A stretch of 64,000 nt of DNA from Ginglymostoma cirratum (GCA_024137785.1 JAHRHZ010000267.1:14087454-14151453), one strand, 5' to 3'. Shown: positions 1 through 13,679, counted from the first letter of the stretch. A program made the numbers and translations. Notes: generated from the letters alone by a model not told the origin.

Positions 1-341
1 ACAGGGACAAATGGACTCCCATCACAGTCTTTCCCTCCACCCATGACACCCAAGTTTTGTTTTGTTCTGTGTCTAACTGTTTGTCTCTGTGTATGTGTGT
101 ATAAGGAAGTCTTGTAAGGACATGTTATATATTGACAATTTATAATTGCTCACTTGTAGCCAGAATCCATTTATTTATTTATGACAGCAATTGTTGTTAA
201 GTACAGAAACCTGGTCTGTGCTTTCTAAAAGACAGATATATTGGGGAAGTCTGTGTACATTGATAAAATCTTTAACTTTCATGGTGACTCCAGGAAAACT
301 GGGGCTTGATTTCCAGTCCACTAGCCCAGTGATCCGTAACA
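1..341 (+). mobile_element. Possible 3' part of an LTR
   Basis: Ends in ..gtgatccgtaaca (CA terminus), after which composition switches to a purine-rich decayed LINE; the start is outside the window. Confidence 0.3.
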
Positions 342-1450
342 ATATAATTTGTGATTTTGATGAGAACATTTTGAGTACGATGTTGGAGGGTGAAAATCCA
401 ACTTGAGGGGGAAATTCAAACATGGAATCCCAAGGAAAATGGTGGTGACTTTGGCAAGGAAAGGAGCTTCAGAATGGAGCAGCAGTTTGCAAGGGCAGCG
501 AGATAAAGCCTTTGTTTTGAGGAGAGAAATGATAAAGTAGATTTAAAAGGGGAAAAACAATTATGTGTTGACAAAATTGTTGATAATATAGGCTAACATA
601 GAAGCAGGGAAAGGAGGTCAGGTAATCAGCAGTTGAGTGGGAATAGATTGAGGAAGTAGGATGAGTGTCTTATGAACAACTTGAGCTCCAAGATGCAATA
701 AGGGGAGATAGGAGAGAAGCCAAAGAACGCTGTGATTTCAGAGCTAGGGTAGTAAAGATCTTTTGAGGAAGTTTGTTCTCGTGGTGTCGGGAAGGGAGGA
801 AAACAACAGAGGCCATTGGTTGGATTGTCTTAATCCTTCTGGCAAAGCAGTGCAAAGTAGCTTACATTTATTGCTGAGGGTGAGAGTGGAGAAAGCAGAC
901 GGTTGAGGTTATGATTAGGAAGACAGTTTGTGGTGAAGAGAAGCCATATATCATTTCTGTTTTCCTTGATTATCTTTGATTAGTGGGCAGTATTGCCAAT
1001 GGAGAGCAGAACTGACAATGCCCCATTCTCCCAGTTTCGCCATCTCTGTTGTCACCTTCCATACAGCACTTCTGATATAACTTTGTTTCTCTTCAATCAA
1101 GTGGTCAATAATCAAGCTCTCTTCAATATTGTGGTCAACAGGGGCCTGAATTATGTATTTCCCATTTCCAGAACTTCACCTCTTGTCCTCCCTCCCTGAA
1201 CTGTGGTAGACTTTCCCTTGTCCTCACCCTTCTCTAATTCAGTATTCAAGAAATCAACCTCTGCCATTTCCAGCTCCTCCAATGTGATGTCATCACCAAA
1301 CACACATTTTTGCTCCTCCCCTTTCAGTATTCCGAAGGAATTGTTCTTTCCTCGGTGTGTTGTACTCCATGATGAAGAAAGGAAAAACGGATAACTGATT
1401 CCTGTGCTGCCACCACCTCTCACTTTCAATACAGGCAGCTTCCGAAATGT

Positions 1451-1631
1451 TGGCCAGGCAGCATCAGAGGAGCAGGAAAGCTGACGTTACAGGACGGGAC
1501 CCTTCTACAGAAAGGTCCCAACCCAAAACATCAACTTTCCTGCTCCTCTGATGCTGCCTGGCCTGCTGTGTTCCTCCAGCTCCACACTGTGTTATCTCTG
1601 ACTCCAGCATCTGCACTTCTTACTATCTCTG
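1451..1631. mobile_element. Penelope-terminus hairpin element, family A
   Basis: Inverted arms 1452-1488 / 1527-1563 with a degenerate hammerhead-like centre. Flanking direct repeat agcttccgaaatgt (1437-1450) / agcttcttaaatgt (1632-1645). Confidence 0.8.
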
Positions 1632-2674
1632 AGCTTCTTAAATGTCCCCTCCTATGAGATATAGACATTCCAAATTGAGGGATGACTGCTTTGTTCCTCA
1701 GTTACACACTGTCCCTTTAAATTTTAGATCTGGTAGTTCTGAGTTCTGAAATTCCTGCCTGAGGCTCTGCCCCTCAGAGGTAGCACACTAATATTTTACA
1801 CAGACAAAACAAGATCAATTCAAGTACCTTGTGACTCGGTCTCTGGGCAGTCCAAGGATCTCACAGTAAGTCAAAGAAGACCCATGTAAGTTGCCAGATT
1901 TCACTGGGTGAGTTACTGAGGGCAGGGGAGACAAGTATGAGTTTCATTAAAATGGGAGACAGGATTAAGTTACATAATACTTAAGTTTCATGCAAGTGGG
2001 AAATTTAAGGCAAGAATCTGACATGCAAACACCTGCACAATTCCCAATATCCAGCTGCCACCTTGCCTACTTCAATGGGCTCATAAGAACATTTGAGCAG
2101 AAAGATGGAATTCAGCCACTTGAGCCTGCTCTAGATCATTTACCTCAAAAATTCCTATGCTATCCCCATTTCTCTTGATGTCATTTGTACATCTTACTTA
2201 ATGACTGCACTTCCACAGTCCTTTGGGGAACCTAACTCCAAAGATTCACCAACTTCACAGTGAAGAAGTTCCTTCTCATCTCAGTCCTTAATGGCTTACC
2301 TGTTATTCTGAGACAGGTTTCTAAGGCCCAGACAGGGGAAACATCCCTTTGAGAATTTTGCAAGTTACTTTGAAATCACCTCTCATGCTTCCAAGCTCCA
2401 GAGAATACAGACCCTGTCTCATCAAGTTTTCTTCACAGGACATTCCAGCATCCCAGGAATCAGCCCAATGAACATCCACCATACTCCCTCTGTGCCAAGT
2501 CTTTCTTTCCTTAGGCAAGGAGTCCAGAAATGCACACGATACTCCAGGTACAGTCTCATCAGTGTTCTATAGAGCTGAAGTGAGATTTCTTTGCTTCTGT
2601 ACTCACACCCTCTTGCAATAAAAGTTAACATACCATTTGTTTTCTGGACTGCTTGCTGCACTTGCATGGTGGTA

Positions 2675-2800
2675 GTTTTTTTTAAAAACCTGCTTTCCTA
2701 ATCAACCTGTTCAGAGATGATATTGCACAAGTCTAGAGCAGGTGGAACTTGAACCTAGGCCTCTCAGTCCAAGGGTAGGGACACTGCCACAAGAGCCACC
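2675..2800 (-). mobile_element. Short tRNA-derived SINE
   Basis: Minus strand starts GGCTCTTGTGGCAGTG... with B-box-like GGTTCAAGTTCC and ends in an A-rich tail; interrupts the CR1. Confidence 0.6.
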
Positions 2801-3173
2801 TTCACCCGCATGTTAGTACTCAATGACTTATGAACAATGATACCTGGGTCACTTTGGACATCAATTCTTTCTCATCTCTCACTATTCAAGAAATACTCTG
2901 CTCATTCATTTCTTCTACCAAAGTGGACAACCTCATACTTGGGTTCACGTTATATATTATCTGCAACATTCTTGACCACTCACTCAGCCTGTCTAAGTCT
3001 CCTTAAAGCCTCTTTGTGTCCTCCTTACAAACTCACAATCCCACCCAGTTGTGTGTCATCTGCAAACTTGTGTACATCATTTTTGCTGCCCATATGCAAG
3101 CAATTGACAAAGGTAGTGAACACTTGACATCTAAACACAGATACCCGTTGTCACAGCCTACCAACCTGAGAAC

Positions 3174-4378
3174 AGAGTCATTGAGTTATACAGCATGGAA
3201 ACAGAGCCTTCAGTCCAACCTGTCCATGCTAACCAGATATCCTAAACAGATCTACTCCCATTTTCCAGCGTTTGGCTCATATCATTCTAAACCCTTCCTA
3301 TTCATAAAATCCAGTTGCCTTTTAAATGCTGTAATTGTACCAGCATCCACTACTTCCTCTGGTAGTTCATTCCATAAGGTCCTTTTTAAATCTTTCCCCT
3401 CTTGCCTTAAACCTATGCTTCCTAGATTTAGACTCCCTTACCCTGGGAAAAAGACTTTGGCTATTCACCCTAACCATGCCCCTCATGATTTTATAAACCT
3501 GTATAAGGTCACCTCTTCAGCCTCCGACACTCTAGGGAAAATAGCCCCAGCCTATTCAGCCTCTCCCAATGGCTCAAACGGTCTAATCTCAACAACATCC
3601 TTGTAAATCTTTTCTGAGCCCTTTCAAGTTTCACAACATCTTTCCTATAGCACAATTGTATGCAGTGTTCTGAAAGTGGCCTAAACAATGTTCTCTGGAC
3701 CCAAAACGTTAACTCTGTTATTTCCTTCACAGATGCTGCCAGACCTTCTGAGCCTTTCCAGCAACTATGTTTTTGGTCCTGTACAGCTGCAATATGACAT
3801 CCCAACTCCTATACTCAATGCACTGGCCAATGAAGGCAGGCATACCAAATGCCTTCTTCACCATCCCGTCTACCTGTCTCTCCACTTTCCAAGAAACTAT
3901 GCACCTGCACCCCCAGGTTTCTTTACAAGATAACACTTCCCAGGGCCTTAACATTAACTTACATAAGTCCTGCCCCGATTTGCTTACCAAAATACAACAC
4001 CACACATTTATATTAATTGAACTTCATCTGCCATTCCTCAGCTTATTTGGCCCATCTGATTAAGGTCCCATTGTAATCCAAGATAACCTTCTTCACTGTC
4101 CACTACACCACCAATTTTAGTGTCATCTGCAAACTTACTAACCAAACCTCCTTATATTCACATTCAAATCATTTTGCAGTGGACCCAGCACCGATCCTTG
4201 AAACATATCAGTGGCCACAGGCCTCCAGTCCGAAAAACAACCCTTCACCCTACCCTGTCTCTTACCTTCAAGTCAATTTTGTATCCAATTGTCTATCTCC
4301 CCCTGGATTCCATGTGGTCTAACCTTGCTAAACAGTGTATCATGCAGAATCATGTCAAACACCTTGCTGAAATTCAAC
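3174..4378 (-). mobile_element. Younger CR1 LINE 3' portion (RT C-terminus and tail)
   Basis: Remnants FSKVFD..KVRPHGIQGEIDNWIQN, MVKKAFGMPAFIGQCIEYRSWDVILQLY, YRKDVVKLERAQKRFTRML. Confidence 0.9.
3695..3776 (+). mobile_element. Penelope-terminus fragment, family B, nested in CR1
   Basis: ggacccaaaacgttaactctg..cacagatgctgccagacc..ccagcaact matches copies at 30460, 41578 and 59916. Confidence 0.8.
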
Positions 4379-4389
4379 TGTTGCTGCTC

Positions 4390-5769
4390 GTGTGAAGGAC
4401 AAGGCTGGTGTAATGAATGCTGGATGACTAGAAAAATTGGGGCTCTGGTCAAGAAAAAGAAGGAGGCATATGTTACATACAGACAGCTAAGATCAATTCC
4501 AGCCTTGGACAACTGTCTGCGTGGAGTTTTCACATTCTCCCTATGTCTGCATAGGTTTTCTCCAGGTGTCCCGGTTTTCTCCCACAATCCAAAGATGTAC
4601 GGGTTAGGTGGATTGGTCATGCTAAGTTGCTCATAGTTTCCAGGGATGCGTAGGCTAGCTGGTTTAGCTGAGGGAAATGCAGGGTTACACGGATAGGGTA
4701 GGGAGGTAGGTCTGGATGGGAGGCTCTTCAGAGGGTTGGTGTGGACTCAATTGGCTGAATAGCCTGCTTCCATACTGTAAGAATTCTTTGATTCTGTGAG
4801 TGAATATCTAGAAAAGTATAACAGCAGTAGGAGTATACTGAAGAGGGAAATCAGGAGGGCAAAAAGGGGACATAAGATATCTTTGGCAAATAGGTTTAAG
4901 AGAATCCAAAGAGATTCTATAAATATATTTGGACAAAGAGTAACTAGGGAGAGAATACGGTCCCTTAAAAATCAACAAGGCTGTCTATGCATGGAATCAG
5001 AGGAGATGGGTGAGATACTAAACAAGTATTTTGTGTCAGTATTTACTGTGGAGAAGGAAATAGAAGTTAGAGAACTTGGGGAAATAAAATAGTGATATCT
5101 TGAAAAGTGTCTATATTACAGAACAGGAGGCACTGGATGCCTTAAAATGCATAAAAGTGGATAAATCCCCAGGATCTGATGAGGTGTATTCCAGAATTTT
5201 ATGGGATGTCAGGAAGGAGATTGCTGGGCTCCTTACTGAGATATTTGTATCACGATAGCCATGAGTGAGGTGCTGGAAGACTGGAGGGTGACTAATACGG
5301 TGCCATAATTTAAGAAAGGTGATAAGGAAAAGCCAGGGAACTATAGATCAGTGAGCCTGATATCTGTGGTGGGTAAGTTGTTGGAGGGGAATCTGAGGGA
5401 CAATATTTACATGCATTTGGAAAGGCAAGGACTGATTGGGGATAGTCAACACAGCTTTGTGCGTGGGAATTCACGTCTCACCAACCTGATTAAGTTTTTT
5501 GAAGAAGTGATAAAGAGGATTGATGAAGACAGAGCAGTAGATGTTGTCTATATCCACTTTAGCAAGGTGTTCAACAAGGTTCCTCATGGTAGACTGGTTA
5601 GCAAGGTTAGATTGCATAGAATCTAGTGGAGCTAGCCAATTGGAAACAAAATTGGCTTGAACATAGGAGACCAAGGGGAGTGGTAGAGGATTGTTTTTTT
5701 CACACTGGAGGCCTGTGACCAATGGTGTGTCACAAGGATTGGTGTTGAATCTGAAGGTTTTGTCATTTA
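4390..5769 (+). mobile_element. CR1 LINE ORF2 middle portion, inverted relative to 3174-4378
   Basis: WMTRKIGALVKKKKEAY, LKREIRRAKRGH, SLISVVGKLLE..SQHSFVRGNSRLTNLIKFFEEV..VDVVYIHFSKVFNKVPHGRL. Confidence 0.9.
4487..4795 (+). mobile_element. HE1-like V-SINE (5'-truncated), nested in CR1
   Basis: V-domain ctgtctgcgtggagtttt-cacattctccc..ccggtttctcccacaatccaaagatgt plus CR1-like tail. Confidence 0.8.
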
Positions 5770-7773
5770 TGATCCATTATTTCTACTCTCTGATTTCCAC
5801 CTATTAACCAATTTTCAATCCATGCTTGTATAATTACATCAATCCCATGCACTTACATTTGGTTTATTTAACCCCTTTGTGGGACTTCAACAAAAACCCT
5901 TTCAAAATCCAAATACACTGGTGCACAACTACTGGATCCCTCCTATCAACTCAGCTGATAACATCTTAAAAAAAACAACCAGGTTTGTCAACACACAGCT
6001 TCCCCTTCATAAATCCATGTTGTAACTGTCCAGTCTATTACTTTCTAAATATCTAGTAATCACATCCTTTTTAATAGATTCTAGTATTGACCCTTCTACT
6101 GGCAGGAGGCTGATGGATTTGAACTTCCTTGGTTCCTCACCCTCCTTTCCAAAATGGTGGTGTTACCTTAGCAATCTTCTGACCTGCACACTCCACGCAA
6201 TCTATTCCATTTCTCTTGCCGCAAATGCTGTTCCTAAATATTTCCAGCATATGCTATTTTAATTTCCAGTGATGTGTTTTGTGATTCAGTCAGATCTGGC
6301 AATGGATGGTTAAACCAATTGTCGGGTAAAAGATTTCTAATCTGTATTCCTTTTGACTCAAGACTGCAAAAGTAAGGGTTATACCTGGGCAATGACTAGG
6401 ATGATAGCATGTAATCACTTTAATAGGATAAAGAAGATGAAAGATGCTGAAGAAGGTGTGATTTATTGGAGCATGTTGTCATGATGAATCATAGGCCAAA
6501 GGCTAGATAGTGGGAAGTTGAAAGTGCATCGTGAAGAGACTTGAAGGAGAGTTTTTTTAAAACCAGAGAGATTCACAGAAAAAAAAAGGGATAGGGAGAG
6601 GGAAGTGGATATGGATAAAGAATAACATATGGAAAAGATTAGTGATTTCCTTACTAATGGGATTTATGCTGACTGGAGCAATTCAGCCTGGGGAAACAAG
6701 AGGCTGGTCATGAATATCAGTAGAAGTATTTATATGAGAGAGGGATTCAGACAAGAAATGGCAATGCAACCGTTTCTGTCAAAGAGAAGTTTATCTCATC
6801 ATGAAGCTTTCAAGGTGGATTCTTCTAAGCAATCAAAAAGGATACCTGCACATCAGTTGGCACTGAATAAACATATTAGTAAGCCACAAGCAACATATGG
6901 TCCACTTCGATCACTATCCAAAAGAAATACATATAAAACTGAGGAACATGGTTACTTTCACCTTCCTTGCAATGTCAGCAGACTTGTTCTCTACAAATTT
7001 GGCCACCCTTGTGTATGTCCACAGGTAGGAAGAATAACTCTTCTGAAAACAAAAAATCCTGGAGATCACAGTGGGTCGAGCAGTATTCATGGAGAGAAAG
7101 CAAGCTAACATTTTAAGTCTAGATAACTGTTCAAAAGGTTGGAAATATCATAGCATGTAACAGCACATAAAGAAGCTGTTAGGCAGCCAAGTGTTTCTGC
7201 GAGTTTACTCCCCAAGCCACTGATTTAAATCGCTTTCCTTTCCTCACTCCCCACACCACTTAACATTTTTAATTTTAAGCAACCATTTCCATTATTTACA
7301 AAATGATATATAACATCTATTTTAACTATGGTTGTGGTTCAGAAACCTGCATTCTAATTATCTTCTCAATAGAGATTATTTTTCTAATGTCTCCCTTGAT
7401 TCTTTTTGTGATTATTTTAAATTTGTGACCCCTTGTTAACATCTCACCACCATTAGGAACAATCTTATGGTGATTAGCTTGCCATAACTCACTAGTCACT
7501 ATTTTTACCATCAGCACAACTTCCCATTTAACATTGAACTGCAGACCAATAAAAGCGTTCACCTCTGCAGATTCTGCCCCATTAACCAAGTTTGATACTA
7601 ACTAAACTTCCTATATGCTGGTATTTTACACAAATAGAAGGAACAGATTCAGATTGAAATGTCTGGGTGTACCCTGGGCTTTCCACTTTAGCCACACTTG
7701 AGCTAGCACCAGGGCTCACTTTAACCACAATTTATACTTTTTGCAATTTTTCCCCAAAACAAGATTTGATCTT

Positions 7774-8077
7774 GGCTTGGTGGCTCAGTGGTTAGCACTG
7801 CTGCCTCACAGTGCCAGGGACCTGGGTTTGATTCCAGCCTCGGGTGATTGTTTCCCCGTGTCTGAGTGGGTCTCCTCCGCGTGCTCTGGTTTCCTCCCAC
7901 AGTCCAAATATGTGCAGCGTAGGTGGATTGGCCGTGCTAAATTGCCCGTAGTGCCCGGGGGTGTTTACGGTAGGTGGGTTAGACAAGGGGAATGGGTCAG
8001 GGTGGGATGTTCTTTGGAGGGGCAGTGTGGACTTGTTGGGCCGAATGGCCTGTTTCCACACCGTAGAGTTTCTATGG
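7774..8077 (+). mobile_element. HE1-like V-SINE, near full length
   Basis: Pol III A box TGGCTCAGTGG (7781), B box GGTTTGATTCC (7825), V-domain, CR1-type tail gggccgaatggcctgtttcc. Confidence 0.85.
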
Positions 8078-8699
8078 TAATACTGAAACACATAAGCAAC
8101 AACTGTGCGAGGAGAGATTTGAATGTGAATTATTAACAAATATGAAAGGCATCTATGAGGCCTCTGGTAAAGGTGGATGATGCAAATTTTGCATATGCTA
8201 CAGTTACATTGATGAGTTCAAAAGGAAAGAAACCTAGGAGCCTTTGTAATGAAGGAATTCACACAGGAATGTAAGACAAGAGATAGGCCATTTAGCCTTG
8301 AGCCTTTTCTGATATTCAACATTCGATCTGTGATGAGATGCCATTAACCAGCTTTGCCCCATATCCCTTTATTCTTTTGATATATTTTTGTTTTCCAACC
8401 TTACATGTGAAATAGAAAATGAACAAAAGTATTACAGAGGAACAGTCCTTCAGGTAGGCAGAGAAGTGAATGGGGAATGTGTTTATTGGTATGATAATAA
8501 TGAGGGTAGTGGATATTGGATTCAAGCAAATATAGAAAAAGCTGTCAGGATGGATAATAAGAGTTAAGAAGGCATGGTTGGATACAAGGTAAGGATACAA
8601 AGGAATCATTGTTGTGATTGTGAAAGGGGTCAGATGGGACAAATGGAAATCCAAAATATGATGTACAAACAAGGGTTCAGATTACCAAAACTAACGTAA

Positions 8700-9130
8700 T
8701 ATCTCAGATGAGAAGAAAGAACAGTTCAAAGATTATTGTGGGGAAATTGAAATCATCCGATCAGCTATGAGACAAAGTTAAGATTAGGCAAAGAGATGGT
8801 GGCTTTATAGGAAGTGTTGTGGGAAGAAGTAAAAGTAATTTTGAAAGACAGCGAACTTGTAATATATGCCTATAGATTTTGACGGAGATGAAGGTTGGAA
8901 AAGTCTGGGGAAGAATTACAGTGAAGGATTAGTGAAATTGGAAGTGCAATCCATTATATTTTCCAAATTGGAATGCGAGCAGGAAACAGCTTCAAAACAG
9001 TCATCAACAAAAAAAGGAGAATTGCTCGGGGAGGGGATGTGAGCATGATTGGAACAAAAGATGTTCCACATACAAAGATATTCCATCATACAAAAGGTCA
9101 GGCACAGCTGGAACCAAGCAGGCTTCTACA
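8700..9130 (-). mobile_element. Highly decayed Penelope-like RT fragment
   Basis: Minus strand near 9050-9120 resembles the GPSYACLFVGYVEQSLF region of Penelope RT; heavily mutated. Confidence 0.4.
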
Positions 9131-11027
9131 ATAACACTCTAACTGTAGAAAATTAGCAAAATTAAAAGGATGTCTGTTGAGGCTGAGACCAAACATAGAA
9201 AAGCAAAGAGGAGTGTGATAGAAGAGACCAGCTGGGCCATTGGATCAGGCAAAAACTTAAGGGGAAAGAAACATAAAGTGATTGTATACCCAGGGTGAAA
9301 AGAGAACAGTTCAGACCAAAAAAATCTGAAATCATCAAAAGACCAGAGAGAAGTCAATGGATATAAGGAGAAAATGCAAAAAGGAGGTAAGAATATAAAG
9401 GAGTGACTTGTTGAAAGAAACATCCTGTTGCTATACTTTGACAAGGAATTAAAAATGGGTTCAGGAACACTGAAATCCAAAACATAAAAGTCAGTCTCTA
9501 AACCAGCTGATAGATCAATTGAAACTGTTGCTCAATTTCACCTTATTTTCATGGCATCAGCATTCATTATGATGCTATATGTCAAGTGAGTATGCAACTC
9601 TCTTGTGTTGACATGAAATAATAAAGGAATTTGATTGATGCATATCAAATATAAGAAGGCCAAAGCATATGCAATTAGCACCAACTGGTCATAACAGAGT
9701 GGCACCCACACCACAATTAAGACTAATAGATCATAATAGAAGTGCAGGGGTAACCTACAGATGGATAAAGCAAAACAGAAACACTGTTTAATGGCTGTCA
9801 GGCAGACATTGCTTATTCAGACATTTTAACACAAAATAGTATGGTCAATCGTTTAGGTAATAATGTGACAATTTATTTCAATTGTTGCAAAACATCTAGC
9901 GCTTGTTTCAAACTGCAATTGCCGATTTACAAGACTACACCCAAGATCAACTTAAACTTTTCTCTGAAAAATTCGCATGTTAATTAAAAGCCCATTAGTA
10001 CAAGTTAAGCTTCCATACATTTTTCATGACTCATGAAAATTAAATCAGATGAATATTCATGTTTTTAAAATGTTGTTATCACACACAGAGTTAAAACTGT
10101 CATAAAACTGCCTGCAGCACAGTGAAAAAAAAAGCGTTTAGTTTTGTGCACTGGGTTTTTGAGGGCTTTGAGATTATGCAGGGTAAGGATACCGCAGTTT
10201 TCATGTGTCATTCTAACCACTCACGGACTTGAAACCTTATTCAAGACATGACTTCCTCTCTCTATTTAATCTTCCACCAGTGGATGACACTAAAGTCTCC
10301 AGTATTTCTTTAAGGTCACTATAATATTTTGTAATTTTTTTTCGTTAAATCTCTCCACATAAATGTAAAAGTGTCAGTGCTCTCCATAAGAACATGTAAA
10401 TATGTGCTTTGGCAAGCCTGAAGACTAATCAACTGAAGACAAATCAACTCATAAATCAACTTTCATTTTTCTTAACACTTAATATCCAGTCAGCCTTCCC
10501 ACATCAGACGAAATAACAGGAACATGATTTTATGTTCCCAAAGTGCAACTTAGTTAAAAACCTACTTAACCTCACCATTTATCAACAAATCTAAGACAGC
10601 AGCGCTTTTTGGAGAACACAATTCAAAGCAAATGCACTATTTAAATGAGGATATCTGACAATTAAGCCCATTGTTAGGACCCACCAAGCACCTTAATTGC
10701 AAATGAAAACAATGATTACGTTGGCATACGAGGCATACTATTATCATTGTACCACATACTGTGTCTTTAATCTCACTGCAGTGTAAAACAAAACAGGGTA
10801 TGAACTGAAACACTATTAAATCTAGAATTGCGACTGTATAGAGAAGCCGTTTCCATACGGGAAAAAAAAATCTGCGACACTTGGCAAACATTGATCTGAC
10901 AGTGAGAAGCCAGCCATTGGCTGAATGGGCAGCTGCGTTATTCTGGGATCAGCTGCTCTTGTCCCCTTGATCGGGTCTGGGATTCCATTTAATTTTCCCC
11001 ACTGTGTGGCGCTGGTGAGGCTTATTT

Positions 11028-11045
11028 CCCCCCCCCCCCCCCCCC
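11028..11045. repeat. poly-C tract (C18)
   Basis: Direct reading. Confidence 0.9.
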
Positions 11046-12919
11046 ACCACCGCCAACCCACAGTTCTTCCCATGCTTAAAACGTCGTTCGACCAATAAAG
11101 GAGTTTCAGATTAATTGATGACATTGAATATGTAGACTAATTCAGTACATTCCTCACTCATTCCGCACAGGTTGACACAGTAGTCAAAAAAGTGTAAACG
11201 AATCTGATTACACAAGCACGTGACCAAAAAGTCAACACCATTGAGACATCCATTTCCCACCCAAAAAAATCTTAAATGTTGAAATCAGGAGTCAAGGCAT
11301 CCTCAGTGTTCACATCGATTTGTGCACAGACCGAATGAGAGCATCTAAATACCATTGTGCCAAGAGTGGAAGAACGTGCGCGTTCACTTTTCCAGCCCTG
11401 GTTAGAAATCGCGGAGATTTGACTTCATCACAGTTTAGCAAAGAAAAAGATTCAGCCTGTCCTGTCTCACTCACACTGTACGGCAAGTGCCGACTCAGTA
11501 AACAAACTGTTAACAGCAGCAGCGCTCCCCACACTGTCCCTGATCACATAGCGCTCAGCAGTCTGATAGTCGGGGGCCAGTGTCTCAGTTTACACCAGTG
11601 CGTTTGGCTTGTTTGACTAACTAGACCGGATTTTTGCATTGCATTCAGGACATCTTCATTGAAATTCCTCCAAAATTTACTAGCACTGTCATCTTCTCTA
11701 ACTGTGAGTGTGTGTTGAGGAGAGTGCTGCGCTTGAAAGGATGTAGTTTTCTTTTCCCACTAAGGTTGGCGAACGATCAAAGGTGTTTGAGGGGCTGGCA
11801 TGCAGCAGGGATCTTGCCCTTTTAATAAAATACTCTACGCTTCGATCCACCCAGTGGTTTTGCAGTCACATAAGTAACGCAATCGGGGCCTTGGATCTGA
11901 ATCTCCTATTATTTAGCTGAGAAAGACATGGTTACATAGACATCCTATTTCGTTTCCCCCGGGGTAACATGATTCGGCTGACGCGTTGTTGTCTGTCGTT
12001 GAATGATTTAATATGAGGACCCATTACAGCGTTGATCATTTTACCTGATTCGCTCCCTCCATTTCAATTCACCTGGGGGACCTATAATGGCACGGAATCC
12101 CATTCAGACTGTATTCTGGTACTCAATCAAACAGTACAGGCGCCACTTCAGCTGTATTGATCACCCAGTTCCGACAGAGTCGACCACAAAATACCATCAA
12201 AGAACTCCAACTATGGTGTTATCAATTTAAATAAAGCCGTTGAGCTTTGTGCAAAACAACGAAACCTTGCCGGTGCCTTTCGGTTGTAACCCAGGGTACA
12301 AAGTCGACCACTGGCCACGACTTTAATGAAATGGAATTGTGCCATTTCTGTCGGCAGATCGGAAATGCGGCTCTTTCGGTGACTTTAAAACAAAACGCTA
12401 TCGAAGAAAAGCGGCAAACTGATTACTTCCACTCACATTCGAAAAGAATAAGTCAATGTCGAAGTAAAATTTGCCTCCCCATCTCCTCCCACCCCCAAAA
12501 AAGTAGCCTTTGTTCATGTTACAGAAAATGTGTTTTCGTTTAATGTGCTTAAGTTAGGAAGAGATCTACCTTCAACCTCTCCGATGTCCAAAAAAATGCA
12601 ATTTTTGCAGCACAGGAGATGACTATACGACGCAAGTAGACACCGCCTCTGCTCTGCTGTAATTACGGTATTTAGACACAATAACAATTATGCTGGTGCA
12701 CATAGATTGATTCTCCAAATTATATCCGCGTTAATCCTCTACTTCCCAGCCATCTAATGAGACTTCTAATAAACGAAGTCTCTTTAGAACGGGCATCGCA
12801 TTTGCTTTCCCACCAAAGTGCAAAACATAAAAAAAGGAATCGTTTCGAAACCGCCGTTCGGAAAACGAACGAAACAATTTGTGTTCAATTTGCAAGCTGT
12901 GTACAACTTGATTTATTTT

Positions 12920-12965
12920 ACACACGCGCGCTCACACACATATATACACACACACACACACACAC
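12920..12965. repeat. (CA)n / alternating purine-pyrimidine microsatellite
   Basis: acacacgcgcgctcacacacatatatacacacacacacacacacac upstream of the promoter. Confidence 0.9.
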
Positions 12966-13679
12966 GACTCCCACATACTCCAACTCCCGCACTGGCATTT
13001 CGCACAAGCTCCACCTCCCATGTGAGGATCTGAGGAGCGGTGGCTCATCTCCCTGAGCTCCTGGAAGTGTTCAAAAGAACTTGTCAATTTGCTGCTGTCG
13101 ATCAACGCCGGCGCTTGCCTGCGATTGGCTACAGTTCGGAGCCCCGGTCCCGGGACTCAGCCGCGCCAAGCCAAGCCGGGTCGCCGCGGCTCACTCGCTA
13201 CTTTGCAATGGCAGCGGCGCAGACAACAGAGCTGCGGCAGCGAGCCCCCACTCCCACTTCCTGCTCCACACCGCTCCAGATGCGCTAATGTGCCTCCTGT
13301 CCACAGTGAACTCCAGTCGGAAAGGCAGGGGGTGGGGGGGAGGTAGAAAGAGCGCAGGCTGGGATCGCCGTCTGAATTAACCCTCCTGCTGCTACGTCTT
13401 GAGGAAGAGGTGGGGTGGGGGGGTGCTTGTGTGTGTGGGGAGGGGGCGTGATGGTGAAGAGTTCGACATGAAGTGAGTGCTGTTGCAGGAAGGGACAAGC
13501 AGAGGTTTCCTGAGGGTGCACTGCAACGGCTGCAACTCGAAATCCGTTTCGTTTGCAAAGGGGAGGGATATTTTCAAGGTGAACTCATAAGTGTTTGCGT
13601 CTCTTATTTATTGTTTTGTCCCTCCCTCCTTTTTTGCATCTCCATTCGGTTTTGGCGAGAGGACCAAGTGTGAGGACCC

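Larger units (their letters stand above)
2083..6190 (-). mobile_element. Old CR1 LINE (RT and 3' end), split by younger insertions at about 2675-2800 and 3174-5769
   Basis: Minus-strand ORF remnants (VQQAVQKTNGMLTFIARGCEYRSKEISLQLYRTLMRLYLEY) typical of CR1 ORF2. The sequence resumes in register after 5770. Confidence 0.8.

Noticed and set aside
7774-7845. tRNA genes (also 20957, 2740-2800, 56360-56430)
   Set aside because: A/B boxes run directly into SINE bodies; these are tRNA-derived SINE heads.
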